The position numbers and the translations under genes are program-made. Positions 1 through 12,246 of a DNA stretch of 64,000 nt are shown here, in pieces. Every line of letters begins with the position of its first letter. Position 1 is the stretch's first letter. A model generated the notes under the pieces. The model ran no database searches and was not told where the DNA came from. It saw nothing but the letters and a program-made list of their open reading frames with translations. The stretch comes from Octopus vulgaris (lineage: Eukaryota): the NCBI GenBank assembly GCA_951406725.2, contig OX597834.1:40796001-40860000 (forward strand), read 5' to 3'.

Positions 1-39
1 TATCAACACGACAAGATACCTTTCTTCTAATGTTATTTA

Positions 40-240
40 CATGCGTAGCCGTATTTCGTCTGCCGTTACGTTCTGAGTTCGAATTCCGCCGAGGTCGACT
101 TTGCCTTTCATCATTTCGGAGTCGATAAACTATGTACCAGTTACGCACTGGGGTCGATATAATCGACTTAATCCGTTTGTCTGTCCTTGTTTGTCCCCTC
201 TATGCTTAGTCCCTCGTGTGCAATAAAGAAATAGGTATAT
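40..240 (+). mobile_element. tRNA-derived SINE family A (Meta-like core), 5'-truncated
   Basis: Core GTCGACTTTGCCTTTCATC..GGGGTCGATAAA..GTACCAG and tail AAAGAAATAGGTAT shared with more than 10 copies in the window. Confidence 0.8.
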
Positions 241-337
241 TTACAGGTTCACTTTCGTTTAATTACTTCATCCTCCAAAAGAAACAATTCCGATTTACAC
301 AATTACAACCTTAGAGAGCAAATCTTCATCAACTTAC

Positions 338-532
338 CGAGTTGAGATGTAAACAGTGAACTAGTTAGTGTTTTACCCTTTTACCAAACCATCACCTCGT
401 TAAATTGAGATTTTCAGAGGTTTTAATTAATAACTTTTAACTCTTTGACATCAACGTTTCAAGATTTTCAGATTTATTTCTTGTTGGTATGAAACAGTGA
501 AGCTGCTATTTTCATCTTCAGCCGCAGTTTCG
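338..532 (-). promoter_or_regulatory. Putative promoter and non-coding exon 1 of a ZNF paralogue lying left of the window
   Basis: GTAAGT donor starting at 337 (minus); exon-end sequence homologous to 45507-45535 and 23109-23135; CGAAACTGCGGC at 521-532. Confidence 0.6.
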
Positions 533-675
533 CCTAAGAAATAATATGCGGGTGTGTAAAATACTAATTATCTCAAACAGTGCCCCTCGACTGGTTTTTG
601 CATCAATTTCGCGAAATACAATTTTTTCACGGACCAGGAGATCATGCAGAAAATAAAACACAATAACTACATATC

Positions 676-1318
676 TACAAAAATGTGCTTCAACCGATTT
701 TGTTTCCTCATAACTTTCAGAAAAATTTATATTTTTTTATGAAATTTTCTACAAATGCTTTTCAGATGGTTTAGAATACGGATCTTTACCTTTTGAGCTA
801 CAGATTTAAAAAATAATTTTTTATAACTAAACACTTTCAAACTTCGGACACTGGTAGAATGTCTCATATAAAACATCTTTTACTCTTCGCATACTTTAAC
901 GTGAAATTATTTCGTAAATATAAGTTTTTCTCAAAAATGCCAAGAGTAAAAGATGTTTTATATGACACATTCAACCAGTATACGAAGTTTGAAAAGGCTT
1001 AGTTACAAAAAATTATTTTTTAAATCTGTCGGTCAAAAGGTAAAAATCCTAGAATACAATTATATTGGAATTTAATATGAAAAACAAAAAAAAAAGGAAA
1101 AAAAGGTGGACGCGCACAAATGTTTTCCACAATTTCAAGTTTCGTTTCATAGATATGTAATGTGAGTGGGTATGTACGTGTGCGCGCCCACAAACTATTT
1201 TTTACACATTAAATTCCGATATAATCATATTCTGCATCACCTGAAGTGTATATGTAGAAAATATCCATTTTTCTGAAAATTACAAGAAAACAAAGTCGGG
1301 GATGGGAGCACAATTCTG
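676..1318. mobile_element. Older palindromic MITE interrupted by the 780-1049 element
   Basis: 676-779 plus 1058-1085 is an imperfect inverted repeat of about 1200-1318. Confidence 0.55.
780..1049. mobile_element. MITE with about 110-bp TIRs and 8-bp TSD (Merlin-like GG..CC ends)
   Basis: GGATCTTTACCTTTTGA...TCAAAAGGTAAAAATCC; perfect TSD TAGAATAC at 772-779 and 1050-1057. Confidence 0.85.
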
Positions 1319-1423
1319 TTGGTATGACGCATAATATATAATTTAATTATTACTTAAATAATTCAAGTAATTAAAACATTGTATATTGTGAACTTTATTT
1401 CTACTATTATTACATTGCAATGT

Positions 1424-1605
1424 AAGGCGGTGAACTGGACGAAATGCTAAGCAGTATTTCACCCGTCACTTCATTCTGAGTTCAAATTCCGCCAAGGTCG
1501 ACTTTGACTTTTATCCTTTCGGGGTCGGTAAATTGAGTACCAGTTGATGTAATCGACTACTCCCCTCCCACAAATTGCTGCCATTGTGGCAAAATTTGAG
1601 ACCTT
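1424..1605 (+). mobile_element. SINE family A copy
   Basis: AAGGCGG head, B-box-like GAGTTCAAATTCC, Meta-like core. Confidence 0.75.
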
Positions 1606-2922
1606 TATTACATAGCCAGCTACTTACCACACAGCCACTCCTGCGCCATTAGTTGAGGTTTGTTTAAACATTGGCATTGCTTTCTGTGGTAAATCTAACT
1701 TTTGCTTCCCTCCTTGCTAAATAAACTAGATGTCTAACTTCTCTTTCAGTTAATAGATATTCCTTGCTCCTCTCTTCCATTCTTTCCTAGGCCTATCTTC
1801 ACTTACTATAGCTTTGTCTATTATACATCTCCAACACTACATCAGCTTCTGCTTGGCCATCTATAGATTTGAGATTTGGTCAACGGCATACATCAGGGTC
1901 TCATGTAAAAATTCCCAGCAGGTCCTATTCTCTTTCCCATACATATCTGAATCGAGATCTGGTTCTTACTCTGAATAAATCACTAGAATATGTTGAGTGA
2001 TATGTCCTTCATTGTAGAAAGTTTTAGTATCCACAAACATCCATCTCATTTTATGGTAAGGTGATCAGGGAATGGGTCAGTTTCCTCAAGTTAGCATTGC
2101 AAAACTTTAAGTCAACTGAATCATAGACCCCCAAGAAACTTAATCACTCTTGATTATGTTTCAATATTCATAACCTCCTTGGTCATTGGGAGAGCCATCA
2201 TGGTGTTGCTAAACGTTTCCATTAAAGTTGCAAAGCATGATTATGAGGTTATTGTCATCTATTATTGTGCTGTCTATAAGAAACCCTTGTAGGAAGGGGT
2301 TTTTTCTCTTGTTCATCTGTCAGTTCTGATTGTGGTGCATATGTGAAAATTACTATTGCTTATGACTGGTCTAAACCCAATAACTCTGAAGGCATCACTT
2401 ACTTTATCTACCTGTCTCTCTCTACCAACAATATGTCGATGCTACAGTGATGTTACCCAACCAGAATAATATGCATTTGTGTTTCTTCCTAACGAGAAAA
2501 TTGTCCACTTTACCTCTTGCGTCTAGCATACATCTACTCACCACAGCACAAGAATCTCATCAATATTTCCAGACTGATTCTTAATTGTGCCAAAACTGAT
2601 GATGTCAAACCCAAAACTTTGCTTCTGAAAGGAAGAAGGGAGAGTCGGAGGGTGCTTGAGTTGTTTCATGTCTATTTTCTGTCTTAGAAAGGAAGAGAGA
2701 TGGTGCAACCTTTTGATAACAATTGAGGAAATTCCACACACGGCCAGATGTTCACACCAGGCCACCATCCACTTTGCATTTATATCAAATTTAAGGTTAC
2801 GTTGATACAACCAACTAAAACATAAGTCATAAAGAATCATGCTTCAAAGAAAATTATATAAAATTTAGCAATAGCAGAAACAGCTTTACTGGGATACATA
2901 CACAGATAGTCACACTACAATG

Positions 2923-3108
2923 TGCCGGTGGCACGTAAAAAGCACCCACTACACTCTCGGAGTGGTTGGCGTTAGGAAGGTCATCCAACTTTAGAAACTC
3001 TGCCAGATCAAGATTGGAGCCTGGTGCAGCCATCTGGTTCGCCAGCCCTCAGTCAAAATCGTCCAACTCATGCCAGCATGGAAAGCAGACGTTAAACGAT
3101 GATGATGA
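2923..3108 (+). mobile_element. 3' end of RTE-type LINE with (GAT)n tail
   Basis: GGTTGGCGTTAGGAAGG.CATCC motif and GATGATGAT tail; homologous to the 3' UTR attached to an RTE ORF end at 27410-28330. Confidence 0.75.
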
Positions 3109-3249
3109 ATGTATACAAATGGATGCATATAACATCCAGGTTATATATAAGATATAGTAAATATATCCTGTATTATGTTAAGATGAAATATTTTCTTTTA
3201 TAGTTATATCTTTCTTCCATTTCATAATAGTGTTAGGAGTTTGTTATCA

Positions 3250-3850
3250 CAGTTATATCTCCTTCCTTGTATGAATACATTTACCACAGATATCAGTTAC
3301 ATGGCTTTTCTCTTTAGACAAGGCATTTATGTCTACTGAAGCTGCCGGCCTGAGAGAATGATTTACCACAGATATGAGTGATATGGCTTCTCTCCTGTAT
3401 GAATGCGTTTGTGCTTAGTTAAGACCCACATCTAAGAGAATGATCTATCACAAATATTACATTGATATGGCCTCTCACCAGTATGAATGCGTTCATGTTC
3501 GGTTACATCACCACTTTGAGAGAATGATTTGCCACAGATATCACAGGGATATGGCTTCTCTCCTGTATGAGTTCGTTTGTGAGTAGTTAAGTCACTTGTC
3601 TTAGCGAATGTTTTACTACAAATATTACACAGATAAGGCTTTTCTCCTGTGTGAATGCATTTGTGTATAGTCAATTGACTACTCTCAGAGAATGATATAC
3701 CACAGATATCACAGTGATATGGCTTCTCTCCTGTATGAATACGTTTGTTTTTGGTTAAGTCGCTATTTCCAGAGAATGATTTACCACAAAAATCACAGTG
3801 GTTTCCTTTTTTCATCTGTATGAACACGTTTGTGAGAAGTGAGGTTATCT
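3250..3850 (-). pseudogene. C2H2 zinc-finger pseudogene (ZNF-A)
   Basis: About 4.5 fingers with TGEKPY linkers; in-frame TAG at 3432-3434 followed by further decayed fingers; frameshift near 3810; no leader peptide or exon 1; some His ligands lost. Confidence 0.8.
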
Positions 3851-4335
3851 TTTTGGTTTGATGAATCTTCTCAAACACAGCATACTGCCAAAGGCCTTGC
3901 TTACTTATTACTTCCGTGAGGCCCAATGTTTGAAGGATGCTTTTTAGGTGCCTGTTATGTGACACTGACATTGGCCCTGACTACAGATTCGTTTGGCTTG
4001 ATGGGTCTTCTCAAGCATATATTGCCAAAGGTTTTGGTTCCTTGTCATTGCCTCCATGAGGCTCAACGTTTGAAGATCATGCATTACCACCTTATCCTGT
4101 GTCTTCTTGGGTCTACCTCTTTCACAGGTTCCATACGCATCACATGGCCATACCAGCACAGTCGTCTCTCTTGCACACCACATCTGAAGCCTCTTGTGCC
4201 CAGTTTTTCTCTCGAGATGCTTACACTTTGCCATACATGCACACTGTAGTTTCCAGTTTGGAATTTCTGGATTCACCATTGACACTGGCTTAGACTTATT
4301 ATCTGATCCACAAATACTCATCAATATTCCTTGCA
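3851..4335 (-). mobile_element. RTE-type LINE ORF2 C-terminal and 3' fragments
   Basis: Frameshifted ERRLCWYGHVMRM and RGRPKKT motifs; homologous to 28094-28330. Confidence 0.75.
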
Positions 4336-5216
4336 CTTATCGTTGCGTTGTTGCCTTTATTGAACTCATAAAGCAAAATATGCCAAATATGTTCCTTTGT
4401 CACTTCTATTATAGCTTTGGAAAAAATAACTTAAATTCTAAAAATAAACAACCCATCATTGAAATCTCAAAGCTATGAGATAATGCATGATTAATTTAAA
4501 ACAATTTAAATAAATAAATATTACATTTGACATAATAACCTGAAATAACCTGAAAGGGATGTACTACAACACAGAATGGAGATTTAAATATTTATTATGA
4601 TGATGATGATGAAGCTGACACCAATGATTACAACATATTATATCACTCATTTAGAATTTATATTAAGTTTAAGGTTTCAAAGATGCTTGTAAATTAACAT
4701 TCAGCTTAATCAACTCACAAATTATTTTATAAATGAAAAAAATATATAAAATTGTATAAAATCTTACTGACAGTATCATTTCATAGAATTTCAAACAGAA
4801 TATGCATAAGATACATAGAAGAATATATATCAGACTCTGTGTGTGTGTGTATCCTATTTATTGTATGTCGAATTCTTGTCTTTAAATGGCTTGTGTATTT
4901 GTTCGTAACACAATAACTGTACAATGATGTAATTTATAATTTATGATAATAATATGTAAATATATTTTTGAGCATTTATACAAAATGTCAAATAAGTCAT
5001 AGAATGTGTAATGGAATATGTATGAGTATTTAGGAAGCCCCCAAAGCTTCCTCATCACTGTCGAGATAGTTATAGAGTCGTACAAAATATAATGTTGAGA
5101 GGTTTTTATCCCATCATTATATAATTTTGCTTTGTAAATTTAATAATGGTTATACAAGACAGGAATAAATAAATATCGAGTTCAGAGACAAATTTTGAGA
5201 GAATGAATCACAGCTA

Positions 5217-6332
5217 TCAATTATACAGTTTTTCTCCTAAAGAGATGCACTTGTGTCTACTTAAACTACCTGTCTGAGTGAATGATTTACCACAGATGTT
5301 GCAGTGATATGGTTTCTCTCCTGTGTGAATGCGTTTATGAGTAGTTAACTGACCTGTCACAGAGAATGATTTACCACAGATATCACAATGATAAGGTTTC
5401 TCTCCTGTGTGAATGAAATTATGAGTAGTTAAGTGACTTTTTTGCGAAAAAGATCTGTCACAGATATCACAGTGATATGGTTTTTCTCTTGAATGGATTC
5501 GTCTGTGTTTCGTCAAGTTACCACTTATAGAGAAAGACTTGCTACAAATATCACAGTGATAAGGTTTTTCTCCTGTATGGATGCGTTTATGTATGGTTAA
5601 ATCACTTGCTTTAGCAAATGATTTGCCACAAATATCACAGTGATACGGCTTCTCCCCTGTATGAATGCGTCTGTGTGTCGTTAAGTCACCACATCCAGAG
5701 AATGATTTACCACAGATGTCACAGTGATATGGTTTCTCTCCTGTATGACTGCGTCTGTGTACAGTTAAGTCACTTGTTTTAGAGAATGATATCCCGCATA
5801 TATCACAATGATAGGGCTTCTCTCCTGTGTGAATACGCTTATGAAATGTTAAGTTACCTGTTGCTGAGAACGATTTACCACAAATGTCACAGTGATATGG
5901 CTTTTCTCCTGTATGAATACGGTTGTGAGTAGTTAAGTGACTTCTTGTAGAGAACGATCTACCACAGACGTCACAGTGATATGGTTTCTCCCCTGTATGA
6001 ATATGCCTGTGTTTGGTTAAGCTTGATCCTTGAGAGAATGAGATACCACAAATATCACATCGATACGGTTTCTCCCCTGTATGAATGTATTTATGAGTGG
6101 TCAAGTGACCTTTTCGTGAGAAAGACTCACCACAGATATCACAGTGAAACGGTTTTTCTCCTGTGTGAATACGTTTATGAATAATCAAGTGACTTCTTTG
6201 AGAGAATGACTTGTTGCAGACATCACATTGGTAAGATGCTTTCACTTTCTTTCTCAGCATCTCATCAGGAAAACAAATCATTTTAGGCTGTGGTTTACAT
6301 TTAACCTGATTCTCATGCAATTCATTTTCCAT
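5217..6332 (-). CDS. C2H2 zinc-finger protein ZNF-B, 371 aa, 12 fingers (last lacks final His), MENEL leader
   Basis: Open ORF of 28-aa CxxC..HxxxH repeats with TGEKPY linkers; ATG in conserved GAAAAATT-ATG-GAAAATGAA context. Confidence 0.95.
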   Translation of the reverse strand: MENELHENQVKCKPQPKMICFPDEMLRKKVKASYQCDVCNKSFSQRSHLIIHKRIHTGEKPFHCDICGESFSRKGHLTTHKYIHTGEKPYRCDICGISFSQGSSLTKHRHIHTGEKPYHCDVCGRSFSTRSHLTTHNRIHTGEKPYHCDICGKSFSATGNLTFHKRIHTGEKPYHCDICGISFSKTSDLTVHRRSHTGEKPYHCDICGKSFSGCGDLTTHRRIHTGEKPYHCDICGKSFAKASDLTIHKRIHTGEKPYHCDICSKSFSISGNLTKHRRIHSREKPYHCDICDRSFSQKSHLTTHNFIHTGEKPYHCDICGKSFSVTGQLTTHKRIHTGEKPYHCNICGKSFTQTGSLSRHKCISLGEKLYN

Positions 6333-6854
6333 AATTTTTCTTCTTTCACCACAATATATGGATATTATTTTTTCCTCTTTGTTTTAATATTTTATTTCTA
6401 ACAAATATTTCAGTGATGTATTCCCATTATCTGTGCAGTCTCTGCCAATATCTGAAGACACTTGAAGTTTCATGAACATCTCCTCATCGAAGTTTGATTA
6501 AGGATTTAATTTATCTCACAGTAACTTGATCCCAGAATCATAAAATTGGTCCATTCAGTATAACATTTTACAGTTTTTAATAGTTAACAATAAAACTCAT
6601 TGGTGCATCTTAAGTAAGGACTCCTTTACTGCAATATCACATGGTATTCTGAAATAATAAATAAATGGTTTAAGATATAGAGGATACTTGAGAAAATATG
6701 GAAGTAATGAAAAAAATCTTACTACATACATGGAAAGTTGGTAAGCTGTAGGTATTAACTTTTGCAAGTAATGGAACTTTACTTTTTAATTTGTAACTAA
6801 AAGTGCATCATACAACCTTTTAAGAAGTCTACATGTTTGTAGATTACATCTTGT

Positions 6855-7008
6855 AGGTGTGGTTGTATGGTAAGACGTTTGCATCCTAACTACATGTTTC
6901 TGGGTTCAGTCCCACTGCGGGGCACTTTGGGCAAGTGTCTTCTACTATAGCTTCAGAATGACCAAGGCCTTGTGAGTGGATTTGGTAGGCAGAAACCGAT
7001 AGAAGCCT
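6855..7008 (+). mobile_element. tRNA-derived SINE family B (CORE-like), partial
   Basis: GGTTCAGTCCCACTGCG..GGGCAAGTGTCTTCTACTATAGC, as in the full copy at 14409. Confidence 0.75.
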
Positions 7009-8363
7009 AAAATATAAATATCCTATAATAACAATCTTATCCTATAAATAAGGATAAGATTGTTACTTAAAATATCAATCATATCAGGTGGCCAGCATTG
7101 GAATAAAAACCTTATAGGTATTAATTATTATTAAAATTATAATTAAGGCGTATCTGAAAGATACCACCATTCTAGAGATAGCAGTCAAAATTTAACCCTA
7201 AAACCACTTCATATGAAGTGGTTTTAGAGTCAAGTTAGTTAGTGAGGGCGACCAACAGAAAGCAGGACAACCAGTTCGAAATACCATCTCGACAGAACAT
7301 CAAAGAGGGACAGCTTTGGAATTCACCAACGATACAGTTGTCCCGTCTACCACTCTCTTACTTTCGACAACATCACTTGCTTTATTGAGTTACGGCTGCT
7401 AGAACGACAGGGAATAGGTAAGTCTAGGAAAATATAACTCTCGTTATCTCGTAAGCTTACCCATTGTTTTTATACACGCCTGTACGTGGTGAGTTGGCTT
7501 TAATTATATGTAATGGAGAAATAAATATGTTATCTACAACTCCGGCCACTGTCTTTCTTTCATGGAATCAACATCATCTTCACCTTCTACATACACAACA
7601 ACCATTACATACTGGTAACCACTCCATTACATATTTAACGAAACTATTTGACACAAACTAGTTTTCCGAATATGAACTGAGAGAACCACCAGTTCTTGTA
7701 TGGATAATAATCTAACCATTTTGAATTTTAAAAAAATCATTCTCGCTCCCATTGCAACGTTTCCCCCACCCCGCCTTTTTTTGTCTTTTTCCAAGCATAA
7801 TTGTGTAGTTTTGACGTAAATGAAATGTTTAAATTGCGAATATACAAAACCTTTACCATGACTCATTAACAAAGAAGACTTAAAATATTCAGATCGATAA
7901 TCTAAATTAAGGTAAGGAAAATAGATTCCTACAATAAGTAGGATGACGATGTGAAGGACGTTTTAGATGTTGCAGCGAACGGAATATTTAATGATAAAAA
8001 CATACACTTTAGACACATCAAGTTGGTTTTGGTGACTTCTAGCAGCATATTGTGGGGTGGATGAAGTCACGATCACTATCATTCTTCTGTTTCATTTCCA
8101 AAAGTCCCCCTCCGAAGTCTCTATCTCTCTTTTGTTAAAAATTGTTATTGCTATTTTTCGTGTAACCTCGCTTTGTTTCGTCCTCGATTTTTTTCGTAAA
8201 TCCTCAGCGATTTGATACCGAAACGATTATTATCAAAATGTTTTAGCGACATTTCGTCTGTATTTATATTCTGGATTCAAATTCCGCAAACGTGGACTTT
8301 TCGGGGTCGACGGAATAAATACCAGTTGAGCACCGAGATCCATGTAATCAACAAGCTCCTTTC

Positions 8364-8602
8364 GGTACTACTTGAAAACAGTGGTCCCAGTGCGCGCACT
8401 CGCGATAGCTAGTCATGACTAGTCGATCCTTACTTTGTGTTATTTACTGTTTAACACAAATTATTTATACTTTGTGTAAAAAAATTATTTATTTTGTGTT
8501 TTATTTACTGTGCTAAGTAGTCGTTGTAGGATCGACTAGTCACGACTAGCTAGCGCGGATGCGCGACTACGCGCACCTGGACCACTGTTCTCAATTAGTA
8601 CC
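8364..8602. mobile_element. GC/CpG-rich MITE (GGTACTA..TAGTACC) inserted in a SINE A relic
   Basis: About 70-bp imperfect TIRs; 7/8-matching flanks CTCCTTTC and TTCCTTTC; second copy at 44921-45148. Confidence 0.8.
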
Positions 8603-8840
8603 TTCCTTTCCCCCAAATTTTATAACTTGTGCCGATAGAAGAAAAGATTATTATCATCATAATTAATTATCATTATTTTCCCACAAACTCCTTAATTACT
8701 GAGTATATAATTACGTAAGAAAACCGTAGGACATGAAAATGATTCCAAGTTCATATAATTAGTCTTACGCCCCAAGAAGCAGACATTTCAATTACACATG
8801 CACAATAATACAACGTTGATGCAAATCTTGGCTAACTTAC

Positions 8841-9019
8841 CATATTTAGATTGAAATAATGAATGCCTGTGTTGTACTTTTACATAAAACAACGAAAAAA
8901 AGATTTAAATTGAGTTTTTTTAAAGGTTCTTCCAGCACAAGACCATTGCACGTCTTCCATATTCAGCGGTAGTTTCGTAACAAAGCAATGAAGACTAATA
9001 TTATTTAGCCGCAGTTTCG
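8841..9019 (-). promoter_or_regulatory. Putative promoter and exon 1 of ZNF-B
   Basis: CGAAACTGCGGC at 9008-9019 and variant at 8966-8977, about 170 nt upstream of the donor. Confidence 0.6.
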
Positions 9020-9045
9020 ATACGAAATAACTGCGTTAATATATC

Positions 9046-9593
9046 TATTTCTTTACTATACACAAGGGGCTAAACATAGAGGGGGACAAACAAACGGATT
9101 AAGTCACCAGTGCGTAACTGGTACTTATTTAATCCGAAAGGATGGAAGGCAAAGTCGACCTCGGCGGAATTTGAACTCAAAACGTAACAGCAGACGAAAT
9201 ACCTATTTCTTTACTACCCACAAGGGGTTAAACACAGAGGACAAACACAGGGATTAAGTCGATTACATCGACCCCAGTACGTAACTGGTACTTATTTAAT
9301 CGACCCCGAAAGGATGAAAGGCAAAGTCGACCTCGGCGGAATTTGAACTCAGAACGTAGCAACAGACGAAATACCTATTTCTTTACTACCCACAAGGGGC
9401 TAAACACAGAGGGGACAAAAGAATTAAGTCAATTATATCGACCCCAGTGCGTAACTGGTCCTTAATTTATCGACCCCGAAAGGATAAAAGGCAAAGTCGA
9501 TCTCGGCGGAATTTGAACTCAGAACGTAATGGCAGACGAAATACGGCTACACATTTCGCCTGGCGTGCTAACGGTCCTGCCTGCTCGCCGCCT
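9046..9593 (-). mobile_element. Trimeric SINE family A with 18-bp TSD
   Basis: One tRNA-like head followed by three tandem body units; TSD TAACTGCGTTAATATATC at 9028-9045 and 9594-9611. Confidence 0.85.
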
Positions 9594-12246
9594 TAACTGC
9601 GTTAATATATCAGCGTATTTCTAGCACACACACACATTAATGTTTGTTTTTATGTCAAGTTATATGTAAAAACAAACAATTCCACAATAAAGTGAAGGAT
9701 TACCCAACACTTTTAGTGCAATACTCGTTTATTTAATAATTTTTACAAAGGAAAGCTTAACAGCGACGTCGAAGTTTCGGCTTACTTCTTTTATCGTACA
9801 TGTGTAGGAATGTCTTTTATCTTTCACTATTTCAGTAATTTGATTGCGGCCATGCTGGTGCACCGTCTTGAAGGGGTTTAGTCGAACAAATCGACCCTCA
9901 GACTTATTTTTTTAAAACCTACTTCTTATTCTATCAGTCTCTTTGCCAAGCCAAAAACATATGCCCATGACTGTCCTCTTATATAGTTTTAAGACAAGAT
10001 GCTTGTCCTTTGTCTTAATGGCAGAAATAATTTTAATAAAACAGGAATTCGTGTTTCATATTATTTGATATGCTTGTAGTTGTTTAAATACACACCACTG
10101 GTCAATCTTATTTCTCATATATATATATATATATTTTTTTTTTGTCATCACCCTTTAATGTCCACATCTCATGTAGGCAATAGTTTGGACAGTTTGACAA
10201 GATTTGATGCCTACAAATTGCATCAAGTTCCAATATCTGCCTTGGCATAGTTTTTTAATAGTTGGATGCCCTTCATAATGCCAACAACTATAATATCATG
10301 GACTGGGTGCTTGTTTCATGTCATCTACATTATCAAGGTTGCCATGTGACATTATGCCTCTCATAGATATTATACAAAAATCTGGTCCTGAAGTGATTTT
10401 CTGTGCACCCACATAATTTCCACACACTATTTGCCCTACTGCGATTTTTTGATATTAACTCAACCTCAAACACAAGTTTCTCACTTGTACATTTTTTAAG
10501 AAGCTTTGCATCTTATTTGGCTAATTAGCTCATTTGTAATGTGTATTAGCAAATTCATATACACCTTTTTTACCTGGTAATGAGATATCCATGAGCAACA
10601 AATTCAACCTCAATTTTTCCATTCTGAAGACTTCTATACTGTTAGCATTCACAAGCGCATGAACAAAACAGTTATAGAGCAGCGCAACCCCCAAAAATCC
10701 TGATATAGGAAGTTAGTTAACATCATGCTTGTACACAGCTTGCATAGACAAGAAAAAGCAGAGTTATGCAAGGCATATTAAATTTAACTTTGAAACAACT
10801 GTAGCCTTTATTTACCTTTTCCATTCCTTACACTCATTGATACATAAAATTCAGAATATCAAGAGATCTTACATATAACCATTTGAAGTGTAATGAAATG
10901 TTTACATGGTTTGTGTTCACCCAAAATCTATGGTCAATTATGAGAATACCTTTCTCTAGCTATTCACCCATGATGTCAAATCAATTATCTTTCCTCCCTT
11001 CTGGAAATAGGTTATATAGAATAAATACAGATGTTCTTAAAGAATGCTTTTATTAAAAATACCATAGTATGTAATCGTTTATTTTTGCACCTGCTTTTCC
11101 ATGATATCCTGGCTTTTGGACGGAGATTTATTGGGATAGTTGCCAAGCCTTACCTGTACTTTAAGAAAGAAATTTTTTTTTTTTGTATTTTATTCCAACT
11201 TTTCCTCAAAGACACAGAGTTACAGGATGTCTTGTATAGGGAAGAGCTAAACATGACTAACCATCTTTCTCTCAAACTGTCTCAAGAAAAGACACTGAAT
11301 GTAAACGTTTATATGTGCATGTGCAAACACACACCAGCTTCCATCTACCAATTACATTCACAAGGGGCATTGGTCGTCCCAAGGCTGTAATACAAGACAC
11401 TTGCCCATGGTGCCACACAATGAGATAGAACCTGGATCCATGTGCTTCAAAGCAAAATTCATATTCACACAGCCACGGCTGGAGTGGTTATATAAAGCAT
11501 AGCTTCCTATAAATGCTATTACAAGTAATTATTGTCACAGAATGAAGATTGAGAGATACTCTGCAACATCAACAGATTATGAATGGTTAAATGAGATTTT
11601 TCGAAAGAATGATATAATATATATGTTACATAGTTTTTCTTTTTCGTCTTTTTGTCAAGGGTGAATATACCCATCTAGTTCAGGGGTGAGCAAACTGGGG
11701 TAAATTACAAGTGGTGTAAAAATGAAATTCTTGGGGGTGAGGGTTCATTAGACATAAATAAAGTTATATAAAAAAAATGTGTTCCCTGATATGACAGAAA
11801 TTTCTTTTCTGGCAACACTGCATCTGTCCAATGTAATGCAAGTATTTAAGAGACATCAAGCCATTTTGAATTACAAACAATTTGGTTGCTAAGGCGTTGT
11901 CAACATCATTTCTCCATAACCTCAAGCGGAAAAGTTTCTAGAAAAATCCTTTTGTTTCAAAATCAGGATATTTTATCACATTTGTTTTATACTTTTTATG
12001 TTTATAATTCTATTCTCCATGTAAATAGATTCCATAAACCTTTTAAATTTAAAGAATCTATGATTTTCTTCTTTTCAAATCAAAGGGGTAACGTTGGCAT
12101 AAATAAATATGTTTTGGGGTAATTGGTTAAAAAAGTTCCCCGACTCCTGATCTAGTTAAATGCTTCTTTGGTAAAATGAACTATCACAGACATTATGCTC
12201 ATCTGGTTTCTCTTCTTTCACAGAAAGATTTATCACAGCAATACAG

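Larger units (their letters stand above)
6649..8840 (-). other. Predicted 5'-UTR intron of ZNF-B
   Basis: Donor ATG|GTAAGT at 8841/8840; acceptor TTATTATTTCAG|AATACC at 6649/6648; both flanks homologous in paralogues. Confidence 0.65.

Noticed and set aside
1680-2840. Possible old TE or coding relic including the 100-aa ORF
   Set aside because: No motif I can recognise; cannot be assigned without a database search.
3432-3434. Rescue of the ZNF-A TAG, or the ZNF-F TAA stops, by A-to-I editing
   Set aside because: ZNF-A has additional frameshifts and no 5' end, and ZNF-F would need multiple edits; nothing in the DNA supports it.
5981-6184. Antisense ORFs over ZNF arrays (also 29453 and 42658)
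   Set aside because: By-products of the periodic finger sequence.
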